Positions 51,644-60,141 of a stretch of 64,000 bases of DNA are shown in pieces. The position numbers were made by a program, and so were the translations under genes. The notes below the pieces were generated by a model. It did not search any database, was not told the DNA's origin, and saw only the letters and a list, made by a program, of their open reading frames with translations. The stretch is from Longimicrobiales bacterium (lineage in GTDB: Bacteria > Gemmatimonadota > Gemmatimonadetes > Longimicrobiales > Gaopeijiaceae): the NCBI GenBank assembly GCA_965248195.1, contig CBDFIQ010000002.1, positions 3,298,813 through 3,362,812 on the forward strand. The letters are read 5' to 3'. Numbering within the stretch: the first letter of the stretch is position 1; every line of letters starts with the position of its first letter.

Positions 51644-52239
51644 GCGAGGCCCTGCGCATGGGCTCTTTCGAGAAGATGGACGGCGAGGTGGAGGTCGATG
51701 AGACCTACATCGGCGGGAAGGCCAAGAACATGCACATCGCCAAGCGGAAGCGAGTCATCCACGGGACCGGAGGACACGACAAAACCGCCGTCATGGGACT
51801 CCTTGAGCGGCCCCATAACGCCCCGCACTCTCTTGTCCGTACCCGCGTCCTCTCGGACGTGACCAAGCGGACCATGCAGGGCCACGTCCGGGACAACGTC
51901 GAGGAAGGGGCGAGGCTGTTCACCGACCGGCATTGGGGCTACTACGGGCTCAAATCCGAGTACATGCACGAGGTCATCGACCACGTTCACGAGTACGTTA
52001 GGGGCCGCGTCCATACGAACGGAATCGAGAACTTCTGGTCCCTGCTCAAGCGGACGATCGGCGGGACGTACGTGTCCATCGAGCCGTTCCACGTCACCCG
52101 CTATCTCGATGAGCAGGCATTCAGGTTCAACATGCGTGAGGATACCGATTCCGGTCGGTTCCTTACAGCCCTCAAGGGGATCATCGACAGGCGAATCAGG
52201 TATTCCGAGTTGACCGGACAGGAGATGTGCGTTTCATGA
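51644..52239 (+). pseudogene. IS1595-family transposase, 5'-truncated
   Basis: GEVEVDETYIGG, LFTD, HTNGIENFWSLLKR, YLDE..FRFN; Zn-ribbon N-terminus absent. Confidence 0.85.
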
Positions 52240-52415
52240 GCGAACCGAAGCGGCCTATCCACACCTCAGGCGTGGACCGAAGTCCCGAGCGGATCAGAGA
52301 TCCAAGCGCGGGCCTGAACCGCATGAAGAGGGCATTGAAGCAGATTTTGAAAGTACCGAAGTCGGCTGCGATGAACGAACGGGAAGACGAGGACGTGAAG
52401 GGGCGGACACGATAA
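52236..52415 (+). CDS. Small basic hypothetical protein
   Basis: ATGA/TAATG coupling on both sides. Confidence 0.55.
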   Translation: MSEPKRPIHTSGVDRSPERIRDPSAGLNRMKRALKQILKVPKSAAMNEREDEDVKGRTR

Positions 52416-53227
52416 TGCCCGAAGACAACACCATCGAATTCTCCGTAGAGGGACATGCCCGCCATAACGGGCATGTCACCCTCGGGGGCTTCCTATACCA
52501 GCTTCGGAATCTTTATGAAGCCCTGAACCTCACTGATCGTCTCGTTACGGGACAGCCGGAACCTACGGCGGAGTACCGAATCATTGATCTCCGGCACGAC
52601 AGCCCCGCTACCGTGAATATCGCAGCACGACCGAAGAGCATCCGCGAGGACATGACGGCGCGAATCCTAGATGGTTTCGTCGGTGCGATGCAGCAGATCG
52701 AGGAGTTTGGTAACGCCCCCCCATGGGTTGACCGCGACCTGCTAGAACGGCTGCGGGATCTCAACAGGCCGGTTGGCCGCACAGTAAGCCATGCGCGTGT
52801 AAGACGCCGTGGACAGCAAGTCACGCTGAGTGCCGAGCTACGTGCAAAAATTGATCTCATTCTGGCGCCAGAAGAGACGTTTGAGGGCTCCGTGAAGGGG
52901 GACCTTGAAGCCATCAACGTCCATGACAACAACAACACATTTCGGATATACCCGTCTGCGGGTCCGGGCCGCGTTACGTGTCACTTCCCCGATAACTTGA
53001 GGGACCAGGCGATCTCTGCGATAGATCAACTAGTCATAGTGCACGGCGTTCTTAGGTACAAAGCAAATGCCCGATTCCCCGATGAAATCGACGTGCGTGA
53101 CATAGAGGTAGTAGAGCAACCCGATGATCTTCCGACGCTGACTGAACTGCGCGGAATCGCCCGTGGGGCTACGGGCGACCTGACTGCGGTGGAGTACGTT
53201 CGAGGGTTGCGAGATGGCTGGGATTAA
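52415..53227 (+). CDS. Hypothetical protein, partner of the PIN gene
   Basis: 270-aa ORF overlapping the PIN gene start. Confidence 0.75.
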   Translation: MPEDNTIEFSVEGHARHNGHVTLGGFLYQLRNLYEALNLTDRLVTGQPEPTAEYRIIDLRHDSPATVNIAARPKSIREDMTARILDGFVGAMQQIEEFGNAPPWVDRDLLERLRDLNRPVGRTVSHARVRRRGQQVTLSAELRAKIDLILAPEETFEGSVKGDLEAINVHDNNNTFRIYPSAGPGRVTCHFPDNLRDQAISAIDQLVIVHGVLRYKANARFPDEIDVRDIEVVEQPDDLPTLTELRGIARGATGDLTAVEYVRGLRDGWD

Positions 53228-53837
53228 ACCGCTCTACTACTGGGATTCGTGCGTCTTCATCGCTTGGCTTACGGAGGATCCTACCTACGAGGAATACCTT
53301 CCGGGCATGGAGGAGTATACCAGTCAGATAGACCGTAACGAGATTACCTTGGTCACCTCAACCATCGTCAGGAGCGAAGTGCTGCCCGATAAGATGGCGG
53401 GAAACACGATGGATAGGTTCGAGCAATTCTTGAAGCGCCGGAACGTGACCGAAGCGGCGCTGGACCCCAGGGTGAGCAAGTTGTCGGCGTCGATACGAAG
53501 TCACTACGTGCGAGAGAAGCAAGCAGGGAAGGTACCCAAGATCCCATCCACACCCGATGCTATTCACCTCGCGACCGCCGTGCTGTATGAGGTTAAGGAG
53601 ATGCACACCTTCGACGACGGTGGAACTGGCGGGGGCCTGAGCCTCTTGGGGCTAAAGCTCACCGAGCGCCGGCACTCCATTTGCTCGGAGCGCATGGTAC
53701 CAATTGCTGCCATCAATGAACAGGATCGCTCGGTCTCGGGCCACCTCCTGCGCATCACTCGGCATCTCAATCTCCTGTCGGAACAAAAAAAACCCCGGGT
53801 GTGCCGAAGCAGACCCGGGGGAGGTCAAAGCGCCTAG
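53214..53837 (+). CDS. PIN-domain nuclease (C-terminus probably replaced after ~53660)
   Basis: YWDSCVFIAWL, STIVRSEVL, TPDAIHLATA, HTFD. Confidence 0.8.
   Translation: MAGIKPLYYWDSCVFIAWLTEDPTYEEYLPGMEEYTSQIDRNEITLVTSTIVRSEVLPDKMAGNTMDRFEQFLKRRNVTEAALDPRVSKLSASIRSHYVREKQAGKVPKIPSTPDAIHLATAVLYEVKEMHTFDDGGTGGGLSLLGLKLTERRHSICSERMVPIAAINEQDRSVSGHLLRITRHLNLLSEQKKPRVCRSRPGGGQSA
53652..53765 (-). pseudogene. NYN-domain (LabA/DUF88) protein N-terminal stub
   Basis: AGGAG RBS; MPSDAQEVARDRAILFIDGSNWYHAL. Confidence 0.7.
53785..53820 (-). terminator. Intrinsic terminator directly upstream of the NYN gene
   Basis: CCCCGGGT-CTGC-TTCG-GCAC-ACCCGGGG-T8 on the minus strand. Confidence 0.75.
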
Positions 53838-54039
53838 GCGAGTTTCCCCTCCCAAACGCAAGGAAAACCTACGAGCACCCGCCCCTTGCAGTCAAGGTCT
53901 CACCACTACCCGTTCAGGATGACTTCCGCGTCATCCTCATCGAGCTCAAGCAGCCGAAGCTGATCTCGGTCACCGTGCGACCGCCACCACGGAGTAGCCC
54001 GTGACCCCGTTGGGCTGGGGCGATCGGAAGGCGCGTGAC

Positions 54040-54165
54040 TTGACATCATCCGAACGGTTCGAGAAAATTCCGTCTGACGGAACACACATAGCTGGGCACC
54101 CGGTAATTCGGACCCCGGCACCACGACCCCCAGAGCGCGCAAGGGATCGAGGTGTCGGGTTTTTT
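54040..54165 (+). promoter_or_regulatory. Late promoter with leader terminator
   Basis: TTGACA-17-GAAAAT; CCCGGCACC...GGTGTCGGG-T6 ends 17 nt before the ATG. Confidence 0.6.
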
Positions 54166-54182
54166 CATTCAAGGGCTGTGGC

Positions 54183-54860
54183 ATGAGAATCGACGTGGAC
54201 AGCAACGCGGGCGAGGTTGCGCGCTCGCTCCGCTTCCTGTTCCGCGACCAGGTGCCGTTCGCGACGTCGCTCGCGATCAACCAGACCGCGAGGGGCATCC
54301 AGACGGAGCAGCGTGCGGGCATGCGCAAACGCTTCACGATCCGCCGGGCCTACGTGCTGCAGGGTGTGAAGTTCAGCAAGTTCAGCACGAAGCGGGACCT
54401 CGAGGCGATCGTCGAGATCGATCGGACGCGCGAGTTCCTGTTCAAGTTCGAGGAGGGTGGGACAGTGCGGCCTCGTGGCACACGCCTGGCCGTGCCCGAT
54501 GAAGTGCGACGGGGCAAGACCGGTGTGGTGTCGCGGGTCATGCGACCCCGGCGTCTGGAGTTCGAACGCTGGGGCAGCGGCCCGAGGGCGGAGGTCGACA
54601 GGGGCAAGAAGCGCACGTTCATGATCCGCAGGGCTGACGGCACCGGGGCGATATTGCAGCGGCTTGGACGGCGTGCGGGAAAGCGTAAGCCACGGGGTCA
54701 GCGTCGGGTTGGAAAGCTCAGGATGCTGTTCTCGTTCACACCGCAAGCCGAAGTCGAGCCCTCGCTCGAGTTCGAGCTCACGGCCCGGACCGTCTTCGAG
54801 CAGAGTTTCGCGAGCAACTTCGAGGCGAGCTTCGATCGAGCGGTGAGAACTGCGCGATGA
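54183..54860 (+). CDS. Phage protein (gpZ-like/'tail' family found before terminase)
   Basis: DQVPFATSLAINQTA; basic composition. Confidence 0.7.
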   Translation: MRIDVDSNAGEVARSLRFLFRDQVPFATSLAINQTARGIQTEQRAGMRKRFTIRRAYVLQGVKFSKFSTKRDLEAIVEIDRTREFLFKFEEGGTVRPRGTRLAVPDEVRRGKTGVVSRVMRPRRLEFERWGSGPRAEVDRGKKRTFMIRRADGTGAILQRLGRRAGKRKPRGQRRVGKLRMLFSFTPQAEVEPSLEFELTARTVFEQSFASNFEASFDRAVRTAR

Positions 54861-55295
54861 CGCGGGACTCGTCTTCTCCCCCGCCCTTGAAATTCAGGCG
54901 GGTGAGCTACAGGACCTTCTCACCGAATGGGCAGCCGCAGAGGGAATCGATCCGCCGTCCAAAGACATGGGCGACTGGCTCCACGAAAACGGTTGCCGCC
55001 AGAAGCGCAAACGTTACACCGATGATTCGGGGAAACGGAGACAGCGCCGTTTTTGGCTCGGGGTCGGTATTGAGGACGGAAATCACGTCCAGGAGCAGAC
55101 TGATGCGCTCTGAGAGCCCGGTCAAGAATGGCTTACCTACCCCAAGTGTGACAGGTGTGACAGGGTCTAGAGGTTCCCCTCCACGCGCGCGCGTATTCAA
55201 AACAATACTACAGGCCCGTCACACCCGTCACACCCCGCTGTTTTTACCCACTCGGAGCGAGCTGTTGGGCCTCGTGGCGGACGTAAGAAGCTGCG

Positions 55296-55350
55296 GGGTC
55301 CTTCTCGTCACTTCCCCCGACGGGTCACGCAAGAGTGCCGAATTTCGCTA
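55296..55350 (+). other. Lambda-like cos region
   Basis: GGGTCCT (lambda cosQ) ... ACGGGTCACG ... TTTCGCTA immediately before terS. Confidence 0.65.
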
Positions 55351-55406
55351 GCCACAGACCTTGAAAAAGTCGGTTTCGGTTTCGTTTTGGTTGGGAGGGC
55401 CTTCGG

Positions 55407-56042
55407 ATTCTCGATCTAGGAAACGCGAGTGCCCAAGAGCTTGCGGACCTGTTCAAGGTGACCCCTCGACGGATCCAGCAACTCGCGAGTGAGGGCATTT
55501 TCCCGAAAGCGAGTCGTGGGCGCTATCCTGTGATGGAGTGTGTCCAGGCGCACGCGGATATTTTGCGAGCGGAGGCGGCGCGGTCGGGCCCAAGCGACTT
55601 GGGCCAAGCCCGGCTTGAGAAGGAACGTCTCGAGATCCGGCGTCGTCGAATCGAGGTGGCGAAGGCTGAGGGTCTCGTCGTAAACCTCGACGACCACCGG
55701 TCGGTCTTGGCGAAGGTGCTTGATGCGACACGCGCCGCTTTGCTCGCGATCCCTGGCTCGTGGGGTCCGCGGGTCGTCGGAATCATGTCACCGGCTGAAG
55801 CAACCGAAACCATGGTCGTGTGCAGCGAAGAGCTACTGCGCGACCTGGCCGCAGTTGCCGATGAGCTCGAGGCGGCGGGTCTCGCTCCCGCGGATCGGCT
55901 GCCTCCGGAGTTTCCGGGCTTGCGAGCTTTGACGGCCGCTGGGATCGAGACGTTCTCAGATCTACGCTCGCTGGAGGACGTAAGCGAGATCAAAGGGATC
56001 GGTCCCAAGCTGGCCCGACGGATCGGGGAATCTGCCGCGTGA
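55407..56042 (+). CDS. Terminase small subunit (gpNu1-like) with C-terminal HhH domain; probable ATT start
   Basis: ASAQELADLFKVTPRRIQQL wHTH, coiled coil, IKGIGPKLA. Confidence 0.8.
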   Translation: MLDLGNASAQELADLFKVTPRRIQQLASEGIFPKASRGRYPVMECVQAHADILRAEAARSGPSDLGQARLEKERLEIRRRRIEVAKAEGLVVNLDDHRSVLAKVLDATRAALLAIPGSWGPRVVGIMSPAEATETMVVCSEELLRDLAAVADELEAAGLAPADRLPPEFPGLRALTAAGIETFSDLRSLEDVSEIKGIGPKLARRIGESAA

Positions 56043-57913
56043 TCGCCGCTGCGGAGTCGAGGGCTCGAGCGTATGGGATCGCGGCCGCCGAGATGCGCGC
56101 CAGGCTGCGTCCGCCGGTGCGTATGACCATTTCGCAATGGGCGGACCGATACCGGATACTGTCGCCTGAATCATCTCCCGAGCCGGGGCCGTGGCGCACG
56201 AGCCGTGTGCCCTACCTCCGCGAAATCATGGACACGCTCGGCGATCCCTTGGTGCGGCGCGTGTGCTGGGTCGCCGCTTCTCAGGTCGGCAAGACCGAGG
56301 TCGTCAACAACTACGTCGGTCGAAGCATCGATCAGAATCCCGGACCGATCCTTGTGGTGCAGCCGACGTTGAACATGGCTGAAATTTGGTCCAAGGACCG
56401 ATTTACTCCAATGATCCGTGACACCGCTCGGCTGCGAGCGAAGATCGCCGATCCTCGAGCCCGTGATTCGGGGAATACGATGCTCCACAAGACGTTCACC
56501 GGTGGGCGTCTCTCGATCGTCGGCGCCAATTCTCCGTCTGGTCTAGCCTCGAGGCCGATACGCGACGCGCTCTTCGACGAGGTGGACCGATACCCCTCCT
56601 CGGTCGGTTCGGAGGGCGACCCGATCGCACTCGGCGAGCAGCGCACGCGCAATTTTTGGAACCGCAAAGTCTTGCTCGTCTCTTCGCCTGGCGACCTCGA
56701 GACGAGCCGCATCTGGCCGGAATGGCTCGCATCGGATCGGCGCCGCTACTTCGTCCCGTGTCCTCATTGCGAGCATCGCCAGGTCCTCGAGTGGAAGAAC
56801 GTCAAATGGGAGACCGAGGAGGTGGAGGGTGAGGCGCTCCATCGACCGGGGACGGCGGTCTACGTCTGTGCGAACTGTGGCGCCATCATCGAGGAAGTGG
56901 ACAAGCGCCGGATGCTCGAGCTCGGTGAGTGGTGCCCCACGAACCCGGCGGGGCGCTTTCCCGGCTTCCATCTCTCTGCGCTCTACTCGCCGTGGGTCAC
57001 GTGGGCGGAGCTCGCGGCGCTATGGCTCGAGAAGAAGCGCAGTCCTGAAGAACTCAAGACGTTCATCAACCTCCAGCTCGGCGAACCGTGGGAGGAGCGC
57101 GACCAAGCGTTCGAGCCTGGGGATCTCGCTAGCAGGGCCGAGAAGTACCCGGAGGAGATCCCTCATGGTGTGGGCGTATTGACGGCTTTCGTCGATGTCC
57201 AAGCGGATCGCCTCGAACTCTCGATTCGCGGCTGGGGCGAGCGTGAGGAGTCGTGGCTGATCGGCCATCACAGGATTTACGGTGATCCTGAACAGGACGA
57301 GTTATGGTCGGAACTAGAACATCACCTTGCTCGAGCTTACAACCACGAGTCGGGCGCGAAGCTGCGTATCCGCGTGGCGATGATCGACTCTGGGTATCTG
57401 CCGCATCGGGTGCACCGGTTCGTTCGCGGTAGGGAGCTGCGTGGCGTGTACTCGGCGAAAGGTTCGGACTCACGTCTGAGAGAGACGCTGTCGCGCGCCA
57501 CCCGAAAGACCCGCGACCAGGTCAAGCCCTGGAGGGTCGATTCGCACCATTTCAAGGCGATCCTCTTCAGGCGTTTGCGTCTGACCGCTGGCTCCGCCGA
57601 GCCGGGCGGGCCGGGATACATGCATTTCTGTGTGCCCACCCGCACTGGGGCCGACGCGGAGTACTTCGCTCAATTCGCGGCCGAGCAGCTAAGGCTTGTC
57701 CGTCAAGGCCGCCGATTCCGGAAGGTGTTCAAGCAGGTACGCGCCAGGAACGAGAGTATCGACCTCGAGGCGGGCAATATTGCGGCACTCTACACGATGG
57801 GAGACGTGGTCGTGAAGCGGCTCGGGGAGATGGCGGCGATCGTGAGCGGAGGTAGCAATCCGGCGGTGGTTGTGGCCAAGGGTCGTCGCATCCGCTCCAG
57901 GGGGGTTTCGTGA
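56039..57913 (+). CDS. Terminase large subunit (gpA family)
   Basis: PGPWRTSRVPY, SQVGKTE, FDEVDRYP, VPCPHC, DVQADR, IDSG. Confidence 0.95.
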   Translation: MIAAAESRARAYGIAAAEMRARLRPPVRMTISQWADRYRILSPESSPEPGPWRTSRVPYLREIMDTLGDPLVRRVCWVAASQVGKTEVVNNYVGRSIDQNPGPILVVQPTLNMAEIWSKDRFTPMIRDTARLRAKIADPRARDSGNTMLHKTFTGGRLSIVGANSPSGLASRPIRDALFDEVDRYPSSVGSEGDPIALGEQRTRNFWNRKVLLVSSPGDLETSRIWPEWLASDRRRYFVPCPHCEHRQVLEWKNVKWETEEVEGEALHRPGTAVYVCANCGAIIEEVDKRRMLELGEWCPTNPAGRFPGFHLSALYSPWVTWAELAALWLEKKRSPEELKTFINLQLGEPWEERDQAFEPGDLASRAEKYPEEIPHGVGVLTAFVDVQADRLELSIRGWGEREESWLIGHHRIYGDPEQDELWSELEHHLARAYNHESGAKLRIRVAMIDSGYLPHRVHRFVRGRELRGVYSAKGSDSRLRETLSRATRKTRDQVKPWRVDSHHFKAILFRRLRLTAGSAEPGGPGYMHFCVPTRTGADAEYFAQFAAEQLRLVRQGRRFRKVFKQVRARNESIDLEAGNIAALYTMGDVVVKRLGEMAAIVSGGSNPAVVVAKGRRIRSRGVS

Positions 57914-58152
57914 ACTCGGCGCCGAAACTTTACCGACTAGACACATATTGCCCACGCTGCGGGTCGCCACCTCGAGTACGGGCCACGGCAAAGCAGATCG
58001 AGAAGTGGGGCCTAGACGCTCCCCACGAACTCGTCCAGACCTATCAGTGCTCGTGGGAGATGGGCCGCGGCCGTCAATGCAATGCGATTTATGCGCTCAC
58101 GGCGGGTGCTTTCCAGCGTGCCACCGTATGTAGTGTTGACGCACCCACGTAA
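57910..58152 (+). CDS. Small Zn-finger protein (Ogr/Com-like regulator candidate)
   Basis: CPRCG...YQC...C; GTGA overlap with terL. Confidence 0.55.
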   Translation: MNSAPKLYRLDTYCPRCGSPPRVRATAKQIEKWGLDAPHELVQTYQCSWEMGRGRQCNAIYALTAGAFQRATVCSVDAPT

Positions 58153-58257
58153 ACACCGTAGGATGTGGTAGCCGGGGAAACTCGGAGTCATACAGAAACT
58201 TTGGGCCCAAATACGTGAGGCCCCCTTTGCCAGCAGACGCTGGGGAGGGGGCTTTTT
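58136..58257 (+). promoter_or_regulatory. Head-operon promoter with leader terminator
   Basis: TTGACG-17-TAGGAT; GCCCCCT...AGGGGGC-T5 just before the gpW-like gene. Confidence 0.65.
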
Positions 58258-58279
58258 CGCGTTGTAGCTACGGAGACCG

Positions 58280-58495
58280 ATGGCTACGCAAGCCGAGATC
58301 GACACTGCGCAGGCGGAACTGGACGCGCTGATCGCTGCACGTGCGGACGTGATCGCGAGCGGAGAAGAGGTCCGGATCGACAGTCGCATGACACGCTATT
58401 CGTCGCTCGATAGCCTCGAGAAGGCGATTTCCCGGGCACGCAATAGGGTGCGTAGGCTCTCGGGCCGAGGTCCGCGCCAGGTGGTGCCGCGCTAA
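58280..58495 (+). CDS. Head-tail joining protein (gpW-like)
   Basis: Size, position before portal, SGEEVRIDSR..RY..L..L. Confidence 0.75.
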   Translation: MATQAEIDTAQAELDALIAARADVIASGEEVRIDSRMTRYSSLDSLEKAISRARNRVRRLSGRGPRQVVPR

Positions 58496-60141
58496 TGGAG
58501 ATCCGCGTGCCCCCACTGAAGCTGAATCTTCTCGACCGCGTGGTCGGCTATGTGAGCCCAGCGAGAGCGATGGACCGACTGCGGGCGCGGGCCGGACTCG
58601 GTTTCCTGTTCGGCCTCGACGGGGGTGGATACGACGCAGGCAAATCGGACAAGAAGGCGCTCCAGCGCTACAACCCCCTGGTGCGATCGGCGCGAGGCGA
58701 TGTCAATCCCGGCCTAGACAAGATGCGTGCCCGGTCACGGGATCAGGTCCGCAACAACCCGTTAGCGGCCGGTGCGCTGAACACGACCGTGACATCGACC
58801 GTCGGCGCTGGGCTCACCTGTCAGCCACACATCGATCAGGACGTTTTGGGGCTCAGCGATGAGCAGGCCGACGCATGGGAGAAGCAAGCACTCCGGTGGT
58901 GGAACCTGTGGTCGGAGACCACCGAGTGCGACATAGAATCCGAGTTGACCTTCGGGCAACTCCAATCCCTCGCGTTCCGGGCGGTGCTGGAGTCGGGCGA
59001 CGTGCTGCGAATCCGGCGCTTTCTTTGGGACCCGGCCACGACTCGACCGAGCCGTGGCGATGCGTTCGGCACCAAGCTCCAATTGGTCGAGGCAGACCGG
59101 GTCTCAAATCCCGATTACAAGCCGGACACGGAGCGCGTATCCGGCGGCGTCGAGATAGACGCGGACGGACGCCCGATCAGTTACTGGGTTCAAACCGCAC
59201 ATCCTGGCGACACACTTGGATTTAGGCCGCTCTCAAGGTGGAACCCCGTCCCGACCCGCGATCCGAAAACGGGCCAACGCCTAGCACAACTTCTGTTTCA
59301 CAAGCAGCGGCCCGGCCAGCGTCGCGGCGTCCCCTATCTCGCGCCCGTGATCCAGGCTCTCAAGCAACTGGAGCGATACAGCGAGTCGGAGCTGATGGCC
59401 GCTGTCATTTCCTCGATGTTCACGGTGTTCGTAAAATCCGAGCTCGGTGCGGATGCTTCGCCGCTCATGGGCATCGAAGACGCTGACGCCACACCAGCGA
59501 ACGCGGGCGACGTATTCCTCGGCAACGGCTTAGTCGTCGATCTCGCTCCCGGCGAAGACGTGGAGACGGCCAACCCCGGTCGCCCGAACGCGGCATTCGA
59601 TCCGTTCGTGATGGCGATTCTTCGCCAGGTCGGTGTTGCGCTAGAGCTTCCGTTCGAAATTCTGATTAAGCACTTCCAGTCGAGCTACTCGGCATCGCGT
59701 GGCGCGTTGCTAGAGGCGTGGAAGTTCTTCGTCAGACAGCGCCGTTGGCTCGTGAATCGTCTCTGTCAGCCCGCCTACGAGGACGTGATCGCCGAACTCG
59801 TCGCGCGCGGACTCATCGAAGCGCCCGGCTTCTTCGAGTCTCCCGTGATCCGCCGCGCATGGCTCGGGTCGCAGTGGACCGGCGACGCGATGCCGCAAAT
59901 CGATCCGCTCAAGGAAGCGAATGCAGCCGACAAGCGCGTCGAACTCGGCATCTCGACGCGCGACCGGGAGGCTCGCGAGACGAACGGCTCGACGTTCCTC
60001 GAAAACCACCGCCAGCTCCGGCGCGAGGAAGCGCTGCGTGCTGAGGCCGGAATCGGGAGTGCGCCCGTGGCCGCACTGGCGGGCCCCAAGGAAGGGGACG
60101 ATGCCGACGCCCTACTCCTCACAGCGGGCAGCGCACCATGA
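58495..60141 (+). CDS. Portal protein, lambda family
   Basis: RARSRDQVRNNP.A.GA, RPGQRRGVP, SYSASRGALLE, IDPLKE. Confidence 0.95.
   Translation: MEIRVPPLKLNLLDRVVGYVSPARAMDRLRARAGLGFLFGLDGGGYDAGKSDKKALQRYNPLVRSARGDVNPGLDKMRARSRDQVRNNPLAAGALNTTVTSTVGAGLTCQPHIDQDVLGLSDEQADAWEKQALRWWNLWSETTECDIESELTFGQLQSLAFRAVLESGDVLRIRRFLWDPATTRPSRGDAFGTKLQLVEADRVSNPDYKPDTERVSGGVEIDADGRPISYWVQTAHPGDTLGFRPLSRWNPVPTRDPKTGQRLAQLLFHKQRPGQRRGVPYLAPVIQALKQLERYSESELMAAVISSMFTVFVKSELGADASPLMGIEDADATPANAGDVFLGNGLVVDLAPGEDVETANPGRPNAAFDPFVMAILRQVGVALELPFEILIKHFQSSYSASRGALLEAWKFFVRQRRWLVNRLCQPAYEDVIAELVARGLIEAPGFFESPVIRRAWLGSQWTGDAMPQIDPLKEANAADKRVELGISTRDREARETNGSTFLENHRQLRREEALRAEAGIGSAPVAALAGPKEGDDADALLLTAGSAP

Noticed and set aside
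54857..55351. 164-aa plus and 97-aa minus ORFs
   Set aside because: No recognisable motifs; they overlap the repeats and cos region.
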